From positions 1 to 9,838 of the forward strand of contig NW_003314607.1 of assembly GCF_000143415.4 (NCBI RefSeq): a stretch of 9,838 nucleotides of DNA. Reading direction: 5' to 3'. A program made the position numbers and the translations under genes. How positions within the stretch are numbered: position 1 is the first letter of the stretch; each line of letters starts with the position of its first letter. Below are positions 8,951 through 9,838 of this stretch, piece by piece. The notes below the pieces were generated by a model. The model made no database searches. It was given only the letters and a program-made list of their open reading frames with translations, and was not told the DNA's origin. This DNA comes from Selaginella moellendorffii (taxonomy: Eukaryota; Plantae; Lycopodiophyta).

Positions 8951-9838
8951 AATGTGCTCCAGGTCGAAATAGCTTCATATCTATTGGATATGCAGTGGAA
9001 TGACTCCAGCAGTTGGTTTTGCAAAAGCCTAGAGAATCTTTTTGTGGTGGAAGAACTATATTTGTAATGAAGAGCATGAATCCAAATCTGCACCATTTAT
9101 GACAAAAAATCAATTATAATATAATTTGATTACAAGCAAAATGGTGAGAGGGCTGAAGGAAGAAAAAGAATATAAGTCCTAACTAAATTAAAAATTGATG
9201 AATGATTAACTTGAATTTATGGATATTGATGCTAAAGATTGGATAAAACGAGATCAAGACAATATATTATTTTTGTATTAATTTTTTTCATTTGTATCAA
9301 CTTCTAAACTCAAGTTGTATAAACTATAACTTAAAAATACTTAATAAATAAACTTTCCTTGTATTAGGTTTCCCATCTAATCTCATTTAACTCTAGTTAT
9401 TTAATTTTAGCATTATTGTTTATCTTCTATATTTTATAAAATACATTTAAAACTCAGTAAGTGGTATAAAATACAATTTAATATATAAACACATATTAGG
9501 CAATTGCTACAAGGCACAAAACAAAAATCCTCAGTTTATATTAACCAAATAAATAAGTCATTTATAAATAAGTTAACATATAACTTAATAAACTAATAAT
9601 TAAAATTTATAAATAAAAAATTTAGTTTTTTAATTATATATTTGTAAGTTTTAAAACTAAATCTGATCTACATTCCATTCAAATATATCATATCAATAAA
9701 TATTTTGCTAACAGTATTTTGTATTGATTCAAGTTGAATGCATGTATATTTATAGGCACAAATATTAATCTTTTAGCACCTGATTATTTAGATATTTCAT
9801 TTAATATCCAAATACTAATTCAAACATTTTAAAAGGAG

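Overview
Eukaryotic (land-plant) genomic DNA, repeat-rich, with a 453-N assembly gap (4439-4891). Intron lengths of 43-59 nt suggest a compact genome such as Selaginella, but this is an inference. The window holds: (i) the decayed 3' end of a chromovirus-like Ty3/Gypsy element (pol remnant, PPT, and a ~1.1 kb 3' LTR at 980-2079), plus an inverted ~80%-identical partial copy of that LTR at 8689-8950; (ii) pieces of a second, Tat/Ogre-like Gypsy family: two related LTR 3' ends on +, a tRNA-Arg-type PBS, and an integrase C-terminus on the opposite strand; (iii) a spliced, deletion-riddled copy of an At4g10000-like GST2N (tandem GST-N/thioredoxin-fold, CPFC) gene on the minus strand, missed by the ORF track; (iv) a frameshifted plant extracellular-LRR fragment fused head-to-head to that gene; (v) a CpG-decayed hexamer tandem repeat. 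I found no clearly novel multi-gene system. The most notable observation is that the damaged GST2N copy still gives a stop-free 236-aa spliced ORF, because its frameshifts cancel out and a start codon comes from the antisense strand of the fused LRR fragment. All family assignments are from remembered motifs, not database searches.
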